The notes under the pieces: generated by a model | Told to the model about the DNA's origin: nothing | Database searches by the model: none | Seen by the model: only the letters and a program-made list of their open reading frames with translations | Assembly: GCA_963736005.1 (NCBI GenBank) | Contig: CAVTNB010000001.1 | Span: 1,408,001 to 1,472,000, forward strand | From: an uncultured Pseudomonadota bacterium | GTDB lineage: Bacteria > Vulcanimicrobiota > Vulcanimicrobiia > Eremiobacterales > Eremiobacteraceae | Direction of reading: 5' to 3' | DNA: 64,000 nt | Translations under genes and position numbers: made by a program | Shown: piece by piece, positions 1 through 10,420 of the stretch | How positions within the stretch are numbered: the first letter of the stretch is position 1 | Layout: each line of letters begins with the position of its first letter

Positions 1-2
1 GT

Positions 3-32
3 CGCGCGAATTTATTCGCGCGTTGTCGCTAC
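3..32 (-). repeat. REP-like palindrome, family A variant (GTAG-CGACAA-CGCGCGAAT-AA-ATTCGCGCG)
   Basis: Stem CGCGCGAAT/ATTCGCGCG at 3-22; same palindrome at 10293-10312; GTAG at 29-32 contains the stop codon of the upstream gene. Confidence 0.7.
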
Positions 33-1372
33 GCAGGCGTTTCGGCGCGCGGGGGGCCGCTTGCCTGCGCTGCAGTGCGCAGTGTGCGCAGCGCCAACGC
101 CCACACAATAGGTACGAGCAGCGCATTCGCGACGATGGCAATCGACAAGAGTCGCACCGGCGTCGATCCGAAGGCAGCCATGGCGACTGCTTCCAAGACT
201 GCGCCGGCGAGAAGATACCCAAACACCTCATACCGCGCAACCGCGATCAAGTAGCTGACCGCGATCGCCCACAACGCGAAGAGCGCTTCATTGGCTGCAT
301 ATAAGCGCAGTATTCCAGCGGCTCCAGCAAACAGCGGCCCGTAGGTCAGGCCGATGAGCCGATTCGGAAAGAGGCAGATGACCAGGAGGGCTCCGCAAAT
401 CACGGCAACCGCAATCCCAGCCGCGAGCGCGAGCAGACGCGCAACTGATTCTCTGCTGGAGTGTATGGCCGCGGCAGCTTTGGGCATGAGGATGAGGGCA
501 ACGAGGCCCGTTCCGTATGGAATGGTGCGCGCGACCGTACCCGCCGCCCCGAAGAATCCACTCGCCGTCCCCGTGAAGTGATGCTTTGCGAACAGCATAT
601 CGACGTAAAACAAGGCACTCGTGGCTGACGTCACCGCCAGCACTTTGAGCGCGGCGCCGCCAAGATGCAAGTGCTCGCCGCGCGTCCATGCTCGCTGTGC
701 GCCGCCGAACATCATGGTCGCGACAATCACGGCGATCCCGATGGCAGAGCCTGCGGCGACTCCACCCAGCGTCCCAGCGACGCCGAGACCGAGCGCCACA
801 AGACCCAACGCGACCACAAGTTTCGCGAGACCTTCGCCGACGAGCGATGTCGCGAAAATGCCAAAGCGGTGCGCGCCCTGCGCGGCGCCTCGCACGAATC
901 CACTAAAAAACCCCAGCACGATAAACAGCGCGAGCAGCAACCACAAGAGCTGCGCAGTTATGTGCAAGTAGCTGCGCAGCGGAATGCTCGCGACGAACAG
1001 GCCTACGGCAAGGATGCATGCGAGACCCAAAACGAGCGCGCCGGTACGGCGCAAGAATGGGGCAATACTCGCATCGTGACCCGCCGACCACATCTTTGCC
1101 GTCTCTTGCATGGCCACCGTGCCCACGGACGCGCCCAGAACGCCGAGCATGGCCGCGATGGTCATGAGGGTGACGAGCGTGCCGTAGGCATCAGGTCCCA
1201 GCTTCCTCGAAAGCACAAAATGGAATGCATACGAGAAGACGTTCGCGACGACCGCCGCACCCATGACCAGGGCAGCATCGCGCGAGAAGCCCCGCAAGTT
1301 AAAGGATCCCCGAAGTGGCGCCTCGAGAGTCTGAGCACTGACCGTAGAGTCTGCAACCTCAAGACTGTCCAA
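29..1372 (-). CDS. Polysaccharide/oligosaccharide flippase (Wzx/MATE-like)
   Basis: 447 aa, ~12 hydrophobic segments, N-terminal 'NVFSYAFHFVLSRKLGPDAYG' typical of PST-family flippases. Confidence 0.75.
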   Translation of the reverse strand: MDSLEVADSTVSAQTLEAPLRGSFNLRGFSRDAALVMGAAVVANVFSYAFHFVLSRKLGPDAYGTLVTLMTIAAMLGVLGASVGTVAMQETAKMWSAGHDASIAPFLRRTGALVLGLACILAVGLFVASIPLRSYLHITAQLLWLLLALFIVLGFFSGFVRGAAQGAHRFGIFATSLVGEGLAKLVVALGLVALGLGVAGTLGGVAAGSAIGIAVIVATMMFGGAQRAWTRGEHLHLGGAALKVLAVTSATSALFYVDMLFAKHHFTGTASGFFGAAGTVARTIPYGTGLVALILMPKAAAAIHSSRESVARLLALAAGIAVAVICGALLVICLFPNRLIGLTYGPLFAGAAGILRLYAANEALFALWAIAVSYLIAVARYEVFGYLLAGAVLEAVAMAAFGSTPVRLLSIAIVANALLVPIVWALALRTLRTAAQASGPPRAETPA

Positions 1373-1374
1373 GC

Positions 1375-2607
1375 TTAGCCAACCTCAGTTAGCCAGCGGG
1401 CGATATCGCTCTCAACGAGCCGCATCACTTCCGGCAATGGCTTGCCGCTTTGGTGCGCAAGTGCGCGGCAATCTTCATATTCTGGCCGGGCTCGCGTACC
1501 GGTTGGTGCTTCGGTGATCTTCACGCGCACGGCGCCAAGCGATGTCTCGACCACCGCGCTGCGCCTCGACAGGGTGGTTCGGTTGACGGGCCACGAGCGC
1601 ACGCCGATCGTCGTCGTTTCGGCCAGCAACGCAAGCGCTACTGCGCTTTCGCGCTCGGGCGGCGAGATCGCGCACAGGACGATTCCGGGCCGCCCCTTCT
1701 TCATGCTCGCGGCGCAGGTCCAAACGTCCACTGCGCCGGCTGCAAAAAGTTGCTCGACGGCATGCTCGTACAGCTGCGGGTTCATGTCGTCAATATTGGT
1801 TTCTATTTGAATCATGTCGTCATTGCCGCTTGGCCGAACCGTGGTCTCGACAACCTCGCCCAGCAGCACGCGTAGCACGTTGGGAAATGGGAAATCTGAA
1901 CTTCCACTGCCATAGCCAATGCTCTGAATCGTCATCGGCGGTCTGGGCTCGAACGACGCCACGGATGTAAGGATCGCCGCGCCGGTCGGGGTTACGAATT
2001 CCGCATCGAGATCGATGGTGTACGTCGGGTGACCGCGCAGCATCTCCATGGTCGCAGGTGCGGGTGAAGGGCTTTCGCCGTGCGCGCTTCGAACGCGGCC
2101 CCTTCCGCAGGGCAGCGCAGAGCAGTAAACGGCTTCGACGCCAAGGAGATGCAGTCCAAGCGCCGCGCCGGTGATGTCGACGATCGCGTCGACTTGTCCA
2201 ACTTCATGGAACACGACGTCGTTCGCAGTCGTGCCGTGCACCAGTGCTTCGGCGGAGGCAAGCCGCGTATAGATTTTCGTGGCCATGTGCTCCACGCTTT
2301 GCGGGAAACGGCCGGCACGCAGGATGTCAAGCACGTCGCGGAGCTTGCGATGGGCGATGCCCTCGTGGTGACTGCCGCCCGCGAAAGACGCAGCGGCGCG
2401 CTCGTCCTCAAAGGCCACGTTTGCATCAACGTGCAACGCGGCGAGCCCGCATTTGTTAACTCGCTGGGCGCGAAGTTCCCAGCCTGAGACAGGTAAGCGC
2501 CGCAGCTCCTGCACTAGGCGCTCGAGCGGCAACCCTGCATCGACCAGGCTTCCCAGAATCATGTTGCCGCTGGCTCCGGCAAAGCAATCGAAATATGCGA
2601 TCTTCAT
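1375..2607 (-). CDS. larC: Nickel pincer cofactor biosynthesis protein LarC
   Basis: MKIAYFDCFAGASGNM start, FHEVG, PAPAT, VTPTGAA, ETNIDDMNP, MKKGRPG, ETTTIGVR, PEYEDC motifs. Confidence 0.93.
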   Translation of the reverse strand: MKIAYFDCFAGASGNMILGSLVDAGLPLERLVQELRRLPVSGWELRAQRVNKCGLAALHVDANVAFEDERAAASFAGGSHHEGIAHRKLRDVLDILRAGRFPQSVEHMATKIYTRLASAEALVHGTTANDVVFHEVGQVDAIVDITGAALGLHLLGVEAVYCSALPCGRGRVRSAHGESPSPAPATMEMLRGHPTYTIDLDAEFVTPTGAAILTSVASFEPRPPMTIQSIGYGSGSSDFPFPNVLRVLLGEVVETTVRPSGNDDMIQIETNIDDMNPQLYEHAVEQLFAAGAVDVWTCAASMKKGRPGIVLCAISPPERESAVALALLAETTTIGVRSWPVNRTTLSRRSAVVETSLGAVRVKITEAPTGTRARPEYEDCRALAHQSGKPLPEVMRLVESDIARWLTEVG

Positions 2608-2740
2608 ACACGTCGCGCGATGGCCTGGCTCACATTCTCTACGACGCGCAGAGCAACCCGCCGAAAGCTCCTTACGGGGATACCACACGGCCGTGGAGAA
2701 CGGACGTGCCGCCAATTTGTACCCCGCCAATCGAGGTCAC

Positions 2741-3982
2741 ATGTCTCTGGCTGCATCCGAACCTTCATTTGATACTCACGTCTTTCGCTTCGCCGCGCGG
2801 ATGGGCAGACTCAAAGCCAGCGCCATACGCGAAATTCTCAAAGTCACCGCGATGCCGGATGTCATTTCATTCGCGGGCGGCCTGCCAGCCCCGGAACTGT
2901 TTCCCGTCGCCCAGTTCGCGCAAGCGTGCCAGGACGTGCTCTCAACCGACGGACCCGCGGCAATGCAGTACAGCGTCACCGAAGGCTATCCGCCGCTGCG
3001 TCAATGGGTCTGCGAGTACCTTGCGCGCGTCAACCAGATCGAGTGCACCCCGGATCAAGTGCTCATCATCAGCGGATCGCAGCAGGGCCTAGACCTTATC
3101 GGCAAGGTGCTGCTCGATCCCGGCGACAGCGTCATCATAGAGAACCCCGCTTATCTGGGCGCGATTCAGGCCTTCGACGCCTACGAGGCGCAATACGTCA
3201 ACGTTGCAACCGACGACCAAGGCGTGATCACAAATGACCTCGTGCGGGTCCTGCGCGAAGCCAAACGCAAACCCAAGCTGCTGTATCTCGTACCCAACTT
3301 TCAAAATCCCAGCGGCAACACGCTTTCCTTGCAACGGCGCAAAGACGTCGTCTCCATAGCAGCCGAATACGGCATCCCCATTTATGAGGACGATCCGTAC
3401 GGCCGGCTGCGTTATTCGGGCGAACACCTACCGTCGCTCATGGCGATCGCAAAGTCGCGCAACTGCATCTACATGAGCACGGTGAGCAAGACGATCGCGC
3501 CGGGCATGCGGGTTGCGTGGCTTGTGATTCCCGAGCGTGAAGTCTTCGAACGGGTCGTTCCGGCGAAGCAAGCCGCGGATCTCCACACGTCGAGCTTTAC
3601 GCAACGAGCGGTGTACGCGTACGCGAGCAGGACCGAGATCTTCGAGGCGCACATCGCAGAGATGTTACCGGTGTATGCGCGGCGACGCGACCTCATGCTC
3701 CAAGCGCTCGAGCGTTTTATGCCTACCGGAACCTCGTGGACGCATCCTGATGGCGGCCTGTTTCTCTGGGCGCGACTTCCCGAAGAGGTCGATACGGAAG
3801 AGCTTCTTGGACTCGCGTCTCACAGCAAAGTTGCCTTCGTACCGGGCGCCCCGTTCTGGGTCAACCGCGTCGTCAAGAACACGATGCGCTTGAATTTCAG
3901 CAACGCATCTGATGAGATGATCGTGGAGGGCATCAAACGGCTCGGAGATGCGACCAAGGCATACCTGACTGGGGCGCGTTAG
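2741..3982 (+). CDS. PLP-dependent aminotransferase class I/II (2-aminoadipate transaminase-like)
   Basis: SAIREILK, ISFAGGLP, PNFQNPSG, EDDPYG, SKTIAPGMR (PLP lysine), MRLNFS. Confidence 0.9.
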   Translation: MSLAASEPSFDTHVFRFAARMGRLKASAIREILKVTAMPDVISFAGGLPAPELFPVAQFAQACQDVLSTDGPAAMQYSVTEGYPPLRQWVCEYLARVNQIECTPDQVLIISGSQQGLDLIGKVLLDPGDSVIIENPAYLGAIQAFDAYEAQYVNVATDDQGVITNDLVRVLREAKRKPKLLYLVPNFQNPSGNTLSLQRRKDVVSIAAEYGIPIYEDDPYGRLRYSGEHLPSLMAIAKSRNCIYMSTVSKTIAPGMRVAWLVIPEREVFERVVPAKQAADLHTSSFTQRAVYAYASRTEIFEAHIAEMLPVYARRRDLMLQALERFMPTGTSWTHPDGGLFLWARLPEEVDTEELLGLASHSKVAFVPGAPFWVNRVVKNTMRLNFSNASDEMIVEGIKRLGDATKAYLTGAR

Positions 3983-3984
3983 CG

Positions 3985-5571
3985 TTGCCGTCTTGCCGAA
4001 CGCGGCGCTTCGCAGCCGCATCGGCGCTTTTGCTTGCAATGGTGTGCGCGAGCAGATATGCGGCGCAAGCAGCCCCAATGCATCCCACGGTGTCGCTGCA
4101 AGCGCAGTATGTCGGCTTTTACGCCGGTCATTTGGTCCTCGACGGCAGGGGTGACGCGACGTTCGACGACGGCCTGTTGCGCGTGCATGCCGACCGCATC
4201 ATCGTCGACTTGCGTTCCAATCGCTACATCGCAGCAGGCTCGGTCACCGTCCAAGGAGTGACGGTTGCGCACGGCGATGCGATGGGCGTCGACCTTAACA
4301 CCCACCGCGGAGTTCTGGTTGATACGGCGAGTCAGCCGTCAAGCGAACTGGTAGACGGCGCCGTGGTCGGGGGTCCCGCACCAATCGGCGCCGGCGATGA
4401 ACCACTGGCGCTTCCAGATGTGGGGTTCGAGCAACCGTACATCCGAGCCACGCGAGCCGTGGCTCATCTCGGTGCGGACGTACGTATGGCAAACGCACAC
4501 ATCATTGTCCCCGGCGGAGAGAGCGTCGGGTTACCTTCCTACGTCTACACCTTTTCGAACGATCCTGGATATTCAACGAGCAACCTCAGCACGAGCGGCG
4601 AAGACGTGCCCATTTATTTTGGCAGCACGGCGAACTCCATTCAAGGTATTCACTTCTCGTACAACTCGGTGACCAAAGTGGCGATCGGCTTGGACAGTCA
4701 CTTTGTCTACGGCGAGAAGGCGTATGTTTTGGTCGCGGCGGCGCCCATCTTTGGACCGACCAAGGCATTCAACTTCACTTGGCAAGAACATATCAACGAT
4801 CGCGCAAGCCAGACTTTTGAGTCGACGACCGTCACCGGCGTAGGCACGAACGACGCGTACGATCTGCGCGATAGCATCCATCGCTCGTATTTGGAGCTCA
4901 CCGCCGATCAAGGGTTGGGCGCGCATCAGGCCACGTTTGCGTGGCAAAGCTTCGATCAGCCTTTCGGAAACTCGGGGAGCAGTCGTCCGTTCTTTCACCT
5001 GCGCAGCGAATTTGGCTACACGCATGTGCCCGATCAATTTTCGTTCGCACCATTCCCGCCCGATGCAATCCTGCCCAGAACGGTTTGGCACAATGCCTTC
5101 GAAGGCTATCTCGGTTCGCAGACGTGGAATCTTGGTCCCAACGTGAGTCTGTTTGGGAGTGCCGATCTACGCGACGAGACGGACTCGTTGCCGCATCGAC
5201 AGGTTTCACAAGTGTATACGCTAACTCTGTACACGCGCTGGAATAACAACGTGTCGACGAATTATTCTGACAGCGTGGCGCCGGTTTTTGATTCGTATCC
5301 TTCAGTCAATACGATTTTCCACAGTCGGGTGAATCTGCAAAGCCTGCTCTTTACGTACGATCACGGCGATCCGTTCAAACTTTCACTCGACATGTCGCGA
5401 GGAACTGTGGCGAGCAACAATCCATCTCCGCCGTTTGCGTATCCGTGGACCCTTTCCGGCGACGTGCGATTTCGGGTGACCTCATCGCTGTCGCTCGACC
5501 TGAGCCGTAGTTATTTCTTTGGATTTGACGGGCAGCGTTTCGGGGTGCTGGGGTTGCAGATTTTGCCATGA
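3985..5571 (+). CDS. Exported protein, LptD/OstA-like N-terminus and probable beta-barrel
   Basis: Signal peptide; OstA-like segment (ADRIIVDL..YIAAGSVTV); amphipathic beta-strand pattern; paralog at 36554-38353. Confidence 0.5.
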   Translation: MPSCRTRRFAAASALLLAMVCASRYAAQAAPMHPTVSLQAQYVGFYAGHLVLDGRGDATFDDGLLRVHADRIIVDLRSNRYIAAGSVTVQGVTVAHGDAMGVDLNTHRGVLVDTASQPSSELVDGAVVGGPAPIGAGDEPLALPDVGFEQPYIRATRAVAHLGADVRMANAHIIVPGGESVGLPSYVYTFSNDPGYSTSNLSTSGEDVPIYFGSTANSIQGIHFSYNSVTKVAIGLDSHFVYGEKAYVLVAAAPIFGPTKAFNFTWQEHINDRASQTFESTTVTGVGTNDAYDLRDSIHRSYLELTADQGLGAHQATFAWQSFDQPFGNSGSSRPFFHLRSEFGYTHVPDQFSFAPFPPDAILPRTVWHNAFEGYLGSQTWNLGPNVSLFGSADLRDETDSLPHRQVSQVYTLTLYTRWNNNVSTNYSDSVAPVFDSYPSVNTIFHSRVNLQSLLFTYDHGDPFKLSLDMSRGTVASNNPSPPFAYPWTLSGDVRFRVTSSLSLDLSRSYFFGFDGQRFGVLGLQILP

Positions 5572-6625
5572 GAGTGCTGGTCACGGGTGGCGGAGGCTAC
5601 ATCGGCGCGGTGCTCTGCGAGCGCTTCTTGGAAGCGGGCCACGAGGTGCGGGTGCTGGATCGTCTGTATTGGGGACGCAAGCCGCTCGAACATCTTAGCG
5701 AACGCATCGAACTGGTGCAAGCTGACGTGCGGTCGTTCGACGCAGACATATTGGACGGCATCGAAGGGGTCGTGCACCTGGCGGGGCTATCGAACGATCC
5801 CACGGCTGAATACAATAAAGAAGCGAACTGGGAAATGAACGCGACCGCGACGGCCAAGCTTGCCGCATCCTGCCGCTCGCTCCAAATCCGGCGCTTCACG
5901 TTCGGCTCATTGCGTCTGTTTATGACGGGCTGGGCGATGGGTTGTTCGACGAGAGCACCCACGTGAAGCCACGCGGTGCGTATTCGCAATCGAAATTTGC
6001 GGCAGAAAACGCACTCCTCGACGCAGCGGATGATTCGTTCGCGCCGGTCATTTTGCGCCAAGGCACGGTGTATGGACATAGTCCGCGCATGCGCCTGGAT
6101 CTCGTGGTCAACACCTTTATCAAAGATGCATTGTTGCGCGGGAAATTATTCTTACACGGCGGCGGATGGATGTGGCGCCCCCTGGTCGACGTTGGAGATG
6201 TCGCCGAGGCACATCTGCGCTGCCTCGAGGCACCTGCGGGTAGCCTGGGCGGCGAGGTTTTCAACGTTGTCCATGAAAATTTTCAAATCCGCCAACTTGC
6301 GATGCTCGTCGCGGGCTCGTTGTCGCTGCGGGGCCGAACCATTGCCCTGGAAGATGCGCCACTGCCATCGATCAATCGTAACTACCGTTGTACCAATCGC
6401 AAGCTCCAGGATCGCATCGACTTCGTGCCACGCGTGACGGTGCTCGAGTCGATTGAAGGCATCTTGCGCCATCTTCCGGTCGACAACCTAACCGAACTTG
6501 CGCACCCACGCTACTACAACATTGCGTGGATGACGCTGCTGGAGGAAGTGCAAAGCTCGCTCTCGGGATTCGACTCGATCTGGTCCGCTCACCATTCCAG
6601 CACGCCTGTAGCAGCGGATCTTTAG
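5568..6625 (+). CDS. NAD-dependent epimerase/dehydratase (extended SDR), frameshift near 5910
   Basis: GGGGYIG, HLAGLSND in first frame; YSQSK, LRQGTVYG, WRPLVDV in second frame. Confidence 0.85.
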
Positions 6626-6631
6626 GTCCGC
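6608..6631 (+). repeat. REP family B copy (GTAGCA-GCGGATCT-TT-AGGTCCGC) containing the epimerase stop codon
   Basis: Near-identical to 55806-55830 (reverse) and to copies at 41924-42164 and 43289-43314. Confidence 0.8.
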
Positions 6632-6708
6632 CCAACCCCGACTGCCCCATTCCGTTGGAATGGGCTCGAGCTTCCGCGCTCAAGGATGAACAAGTCGCGA
6701 GGCTTATA

Positions 6709-8205
6709 CTACCGCAGACCCGGCAGTGCGTAGCAGTACAGGTGGTTGTTCTGGCCACTGTCGGTAAATTCAGAAAAAAGCAAATAGCCGTCAACGATGG
6801 TTGGGCCGCCGTAGATTTCGTTGGGCCCATCGAAGCTCCACAAAATTCTTCCTGTGGCTCCATCGATCGCCGACATGCGGAAACAGTTGATGCCTCGGCT
6901 CGTGGCGCACGCATAGTCCTCGTAGCCCACGAACAGCATGCCCTGCGCCATCGCGGGCGCCGATAACGTGCCAAACCCCTCCGGGTCGAGGGCTGTAATG
7001 ATACGCCACACCTGATGGCCCATCATGTCGAGGGCGATGATTGCTCCCACAGTGTTGCCGTTGTAGGTGGCGGCGTCGTACGGCACGTAAAGATATGTGC
7101 CATCCGTCCCAATTGAGCCGACTATACTTTGCAAGAAGTTGGTATTGCCAAAGCCCGGGTCGTACTTCCACAAGTGAGTTCCTGTTTGCGGGTTGTAGGC
7201 ATACACGACCCCGTCCTTGCCACCGTCGATGACCATGCCGTTGACATACAGAGGCGTAGCACCAAAATCGTCGTCGGAGGCCCCATCTGGTGGCCCTTTT
7301 CCCCACCCACCTGACTTTCAAATTGGCGGGGTTGAGTTTGAGACATCTTCGAGCCATACGGCGAGTGTGGCGACCGTGAGTTTTGGACGCACGAATTTGC
7401 TGTGGCAATATAGAGGTTCCCGGAGGGATCGAGCATGGGTGACGACCACACCGTCGCGCCCTGGCTATTGCTTTGAGCTGGCGTGGTTGTGAACGTCGAC
7501 AGGAAGGAGGGCTGGGTAAGCTCATAGGCAACAAGCTGGTTTTCTGTCAGACACTGGCCCCAAACCTCATTGAGCTGGCTTCGCCCTTCAAATAGCTTTC
7601 CATCGGCAATGAGCGGCGAGTCCTCGATCGAGAGAGCTATCGGGGGCGCGCCCCCAGAAACCGTTGGGTACTCCCACAGAAGGTTGCCGGAAGAGGCATC
7701 CACCGCTATCACGTCCCCTAGATACGTGCCTTCGTAGAGCACCCCATTGTAGTACTCGGGAGTACCCACGAGCCCAGAACCGTTTATAGACCTATCGCTG
7801 TACGTCCAGATAGTGCTGCCCATGGACAGGTCGATTGCCTGCATCGTGCCGGGAATTATCGGCGATGTACACAACCCCGTTGACGACGAGCGATTCTGGA
7901 AACTGCGCCACAACCGGGTGCGACCATTTGAGGGTGAGCTGGGCGACGTTAGCTTCCGTAATTTTGGTTTCGTTAACGTTATCGCCGGTACGCTCGTCGT
8001 CGCGACGGTATTCCGGCCACTCAGACCCTGGAATACTGTATGCCGTATACACTGGGGGGAGCACACTTCCAGCGCCGGTGGGGGTAGATGGGTGCGGTAC
8101 TTGAGTTGTCCCGGGTATGGTCGCTGCGCCCTTGCAGGCCGCCACGCAAAGGATCGAAATTATTACGCCTGTCTGAAACAAGACGGGGTACGAATTTCGC
8201 GGCAT
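6709..8205 (-). CDS. PQQ-like beta-propeller repeat lipoprotein (frameshifts near 7850 and 7300)
   Basis: Lipobox VAAC; W-EYRRDDERTG; repeated A.DA..G..LW tryptophan-docking motifs over three frames. Confidence 0.7.
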
Positions 8206-8347
8206 ACAAAAGCTCCTCGCACATAAAGGCAAGTTTCTGAACGCGCGCATAAGTTCTAGCGCGGGCGAGATTCGCCTTCGAGATGAGACGCAAGCAGGAA
8301 GCCGAATGGCCTGATCAGGTGCTAACAAGTGCTGTGAGAACTATACT

Positions 8348-9352
8348 ATGATGATGACTACGAACGCCACCATGCGTCGGCGAGCTGCGTTGTATGCACT
8401 GGCGCTTTTTGTTGCAGGCTTCTGCGGTTTAAAGCAGGCCATCGCATCCCCGACCACGCTTTTGCAGATGGCGGAGAACAGCGTCCTGAAGCAGACCTGG
8501 TACCTCAAGCTCCAGCACGACTACACACATCCCAAAGCCTCGGCTGTGTTCGACCCAGTAACGGGCGCCATCGGACTAAATGCTGAATGGGAACAAGACC
8601 CGGGAAGCAGTCACTATATCGAGCAGCAGCGATACGGGGCCGATCTCGTGCAAGCCGGCATCGCGCTCGGCGACCAGCACCTCATTAAGACGGGTGAGCT
8701 CGGGCTCGAATTCGCTTTTGACCATATGTTGTCGCCAAGCGGGGTACCAGATTCGGCCGCGCCCGAACATAGTTTCGGACTCTTCGCCGAGTCGGCCGCT
8801 CGCGCGATGCTTCTGTTGCAAGCTAGTGGCCGGGATCCGGATTTTATCCGCGCCTACTTGCCAAAACTTGTTTCAGGCGTACGTTGGTTCATGTCGTCGT
8901 CCGTTGTGCAAACGATACGCAGCGAATGCTCGACTTTTACGCACCGTTGCTGGTATGCAGCCGCTATTTACGCGATGATGAGCGATCTCACCGGGGATGC
9001 GGGGTATGATCCACTCGCTGATGATTTTGCCGAGCAGGGCCTGGCCCAACACCATAATGGCATTAACCCCGAACGAGGAGGGTTCGACGTCAACTACCAG
9101 ATGGTTGGCATCGTTGATGCGGAGCGGTACTATCAAGTTGCGAAAAACGCATCGCTACGCACGCAGACCGAGTCCTTGATTGCCGATTCGCTCGCGACGG
9201 AGGCTCGCTACATCAACTCAGATGGCACAATCAATACAAGCGGCAGCACGCGCATGGGCAGCGAAACGACGCTCATGGGAGTCCCGAAGACGCCTGAAAT
9301 ACGGGCGTTTCTCGAAGGTTTGAGTTATGGTGCGTTGATCACCCGGCATTGA
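8348..9352 (+). CDS. Secreted hypothetical protein, possibly (alpha/alpha)-toroid lyase/hydrolase-like
   Basis: Signal peptide, helical pattern, GINPERGGFDVNYQ motif; true end may be 9400. Confidence 0.5.
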   Translation: MMMTTNATMRRRAALYALALFVAGFCGLKQAIASPTTLLQMAENSVLKQTWYLKLQHDYTHPKASAVFDPVTGAIGLNAEWEQDPGSSHYIEQQRYGADLVQAGIALGDQHLIKTGELGLEFAFDHMLSPSGVPDSAAPEHSFGLFAESAARAMLLLQASGRDPDFIRAYLPKLVSGVRWFMSSSVVQTIRSECSTFTHRCWYAAAIYAMMSDLTGDAGYDPLADDFAEQGLAQHHNGINPERGGFDVNYQMVGIVDAERYYQVAKNASLRTQTESLIADSLATEARYINSDGTINTSGSTRMGSETTLMGVPKTPEIRAFLEGLSYGALITRH

Positions 9353-9413
9353 AACTTTAATACATTGGCCCTGAGCATAGCCGCGGAGAACCACCTCTAG
9401 ACCCGTGGTCCGC

Positions 9414-10283
9414 TCAAACCGATGCTCGTTTGCGGAAGAGGTAGTCGGCCAAGGCTTCCTTCCAGGAACGCGGGTGCAGACCGAGACCCTCAAGCTTGTC
9501 ACTCGCGAGTACTGAGTAGGGAGGGCGTGGGGCTTTCCCTCCAACGTCCGCGGCGTGGACAGGTGTGGCTCGCACGGGTGAACCAATAAGCTCAAAGATC
9601 GCGTTCGCAAATTCGCACCACGTGCATTCACCGCCGTTTGCAAGGTGATAGACACCAAACGGTGCGCGCGCCTGCACGATCTTCACCAGCAATGTAGCCG
9701 CATCGCTCGCCGACGTCGGTGCCATAACAATATCATTGACCACACGAGGGGATTCTCCGGCGCGCGCTTTCGCAACCATCGTCTCGACAAAATTGCCGCC
9801 TTTTCCGCTACTGCCTGCGACTCCGAATACTGCTGACATTCTCACAATATAATGATGAGGGTTTGCCATCCGCACCAGCATCTCGCCTGCTTGTTTAGTC
9901 ATGCCGTAGACGTTCAACGGATGAGCCACGTCGCTCTCGACATATGGCTTGCTCTGAGCACCATCAAAAACAAAATCGGTACTTATGTAGACAGCTGCCG
10001 CGTTGCGACGACGTGCTTCAGCGCTGACGCGGTGTGCAGCAATGGCATTGACTGACAATGCACGATCGGGTTTGTCCTCGCACTCATCGGTGCGGTGAAA
10101 TGCCGCCGTGTTCACGACAACGTCGCCCTCCCGTAGAGATGACAAGGCGCGTTCGACACTGGCTTGATCGGTGACTTCGATGTTGGTATGCTCGAGTTCA
10201 AGGGTCTCCATGCCGGCAGACTGTGCGGCGCGCACGACCTCACTGCCGACTTGCCCATTCGAACCGATCACTGCTATGCGCAT
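9414..10283 (-). CDS. rfbD: dTDP-4-dehydrorhamnose reductase
   Basis: GSNGQVG, ISTDFVFDG, PLNVYGMTK, APRPPYSVL. Confidence 0.92.
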   Translation of the reverse strand: MRIAVIGSNGQVGSEVVRAAQSAGMETLELEHTNIEVTDQASVERALSSLREGDVVVNTAAFHRTDECEDKPDRALSVNAIAAHRVSAEARRRNAAAVYISTDFVFDGAQSKPYVESDVAHPLNVYGMTKQAGEMLVRMANPHHYIVRMSAVFGVAGSSGKGGNFVETMVAKARAGESPRVVNDIVMAPTSASDAATLLVKIVQARAPFGVYHLANGGECTWCEFANAIFELIGSPVRATPVHAADVGGKAPRPPYSVLASDKLEGLGLHPRSWKEALADYLFRKRASV

Positions 10284-10292
10284 CGTGCTCCT

Positions 10293-10420
10293 CGCGCGAA
10301 TTTATTCGCGCGCCTGTCGCGAATGAATTCGCGACACTACATTACGTTCTCCGAAGTCGCGAATGAATTCGCGACACTACATTACGTTCTCCGAAGTCGC
10401 GAATGAATTCGCGACACTAC
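10293..10420 (-). repeat. REP family A cluster: three tandem GTAGTGTCGCGAATTCATTCGCGAC units (40-bp period) plus one variant palindrome
   Basis: Units at 10316-10340, 10356-10380, 10396-10420 with identical 15-bp linkers ATTACGTTCTCCGAA; variant at 10293-10312. Confidence 0.9.

Noticed and set aside
9350..9400. Second Sec or read-through candidate (TGA followed by 15 in-frame codons)
   Set aside because: No Cys-type context or SECIS-like hairpin; compensating indel errors or a true stop are more likely
10316..10420. CRISPR array
   Set aside because: Linkers are identical and only 15 bp, there are no cas genes, and the unit is a GTAG-led REP found elsewhere in the window
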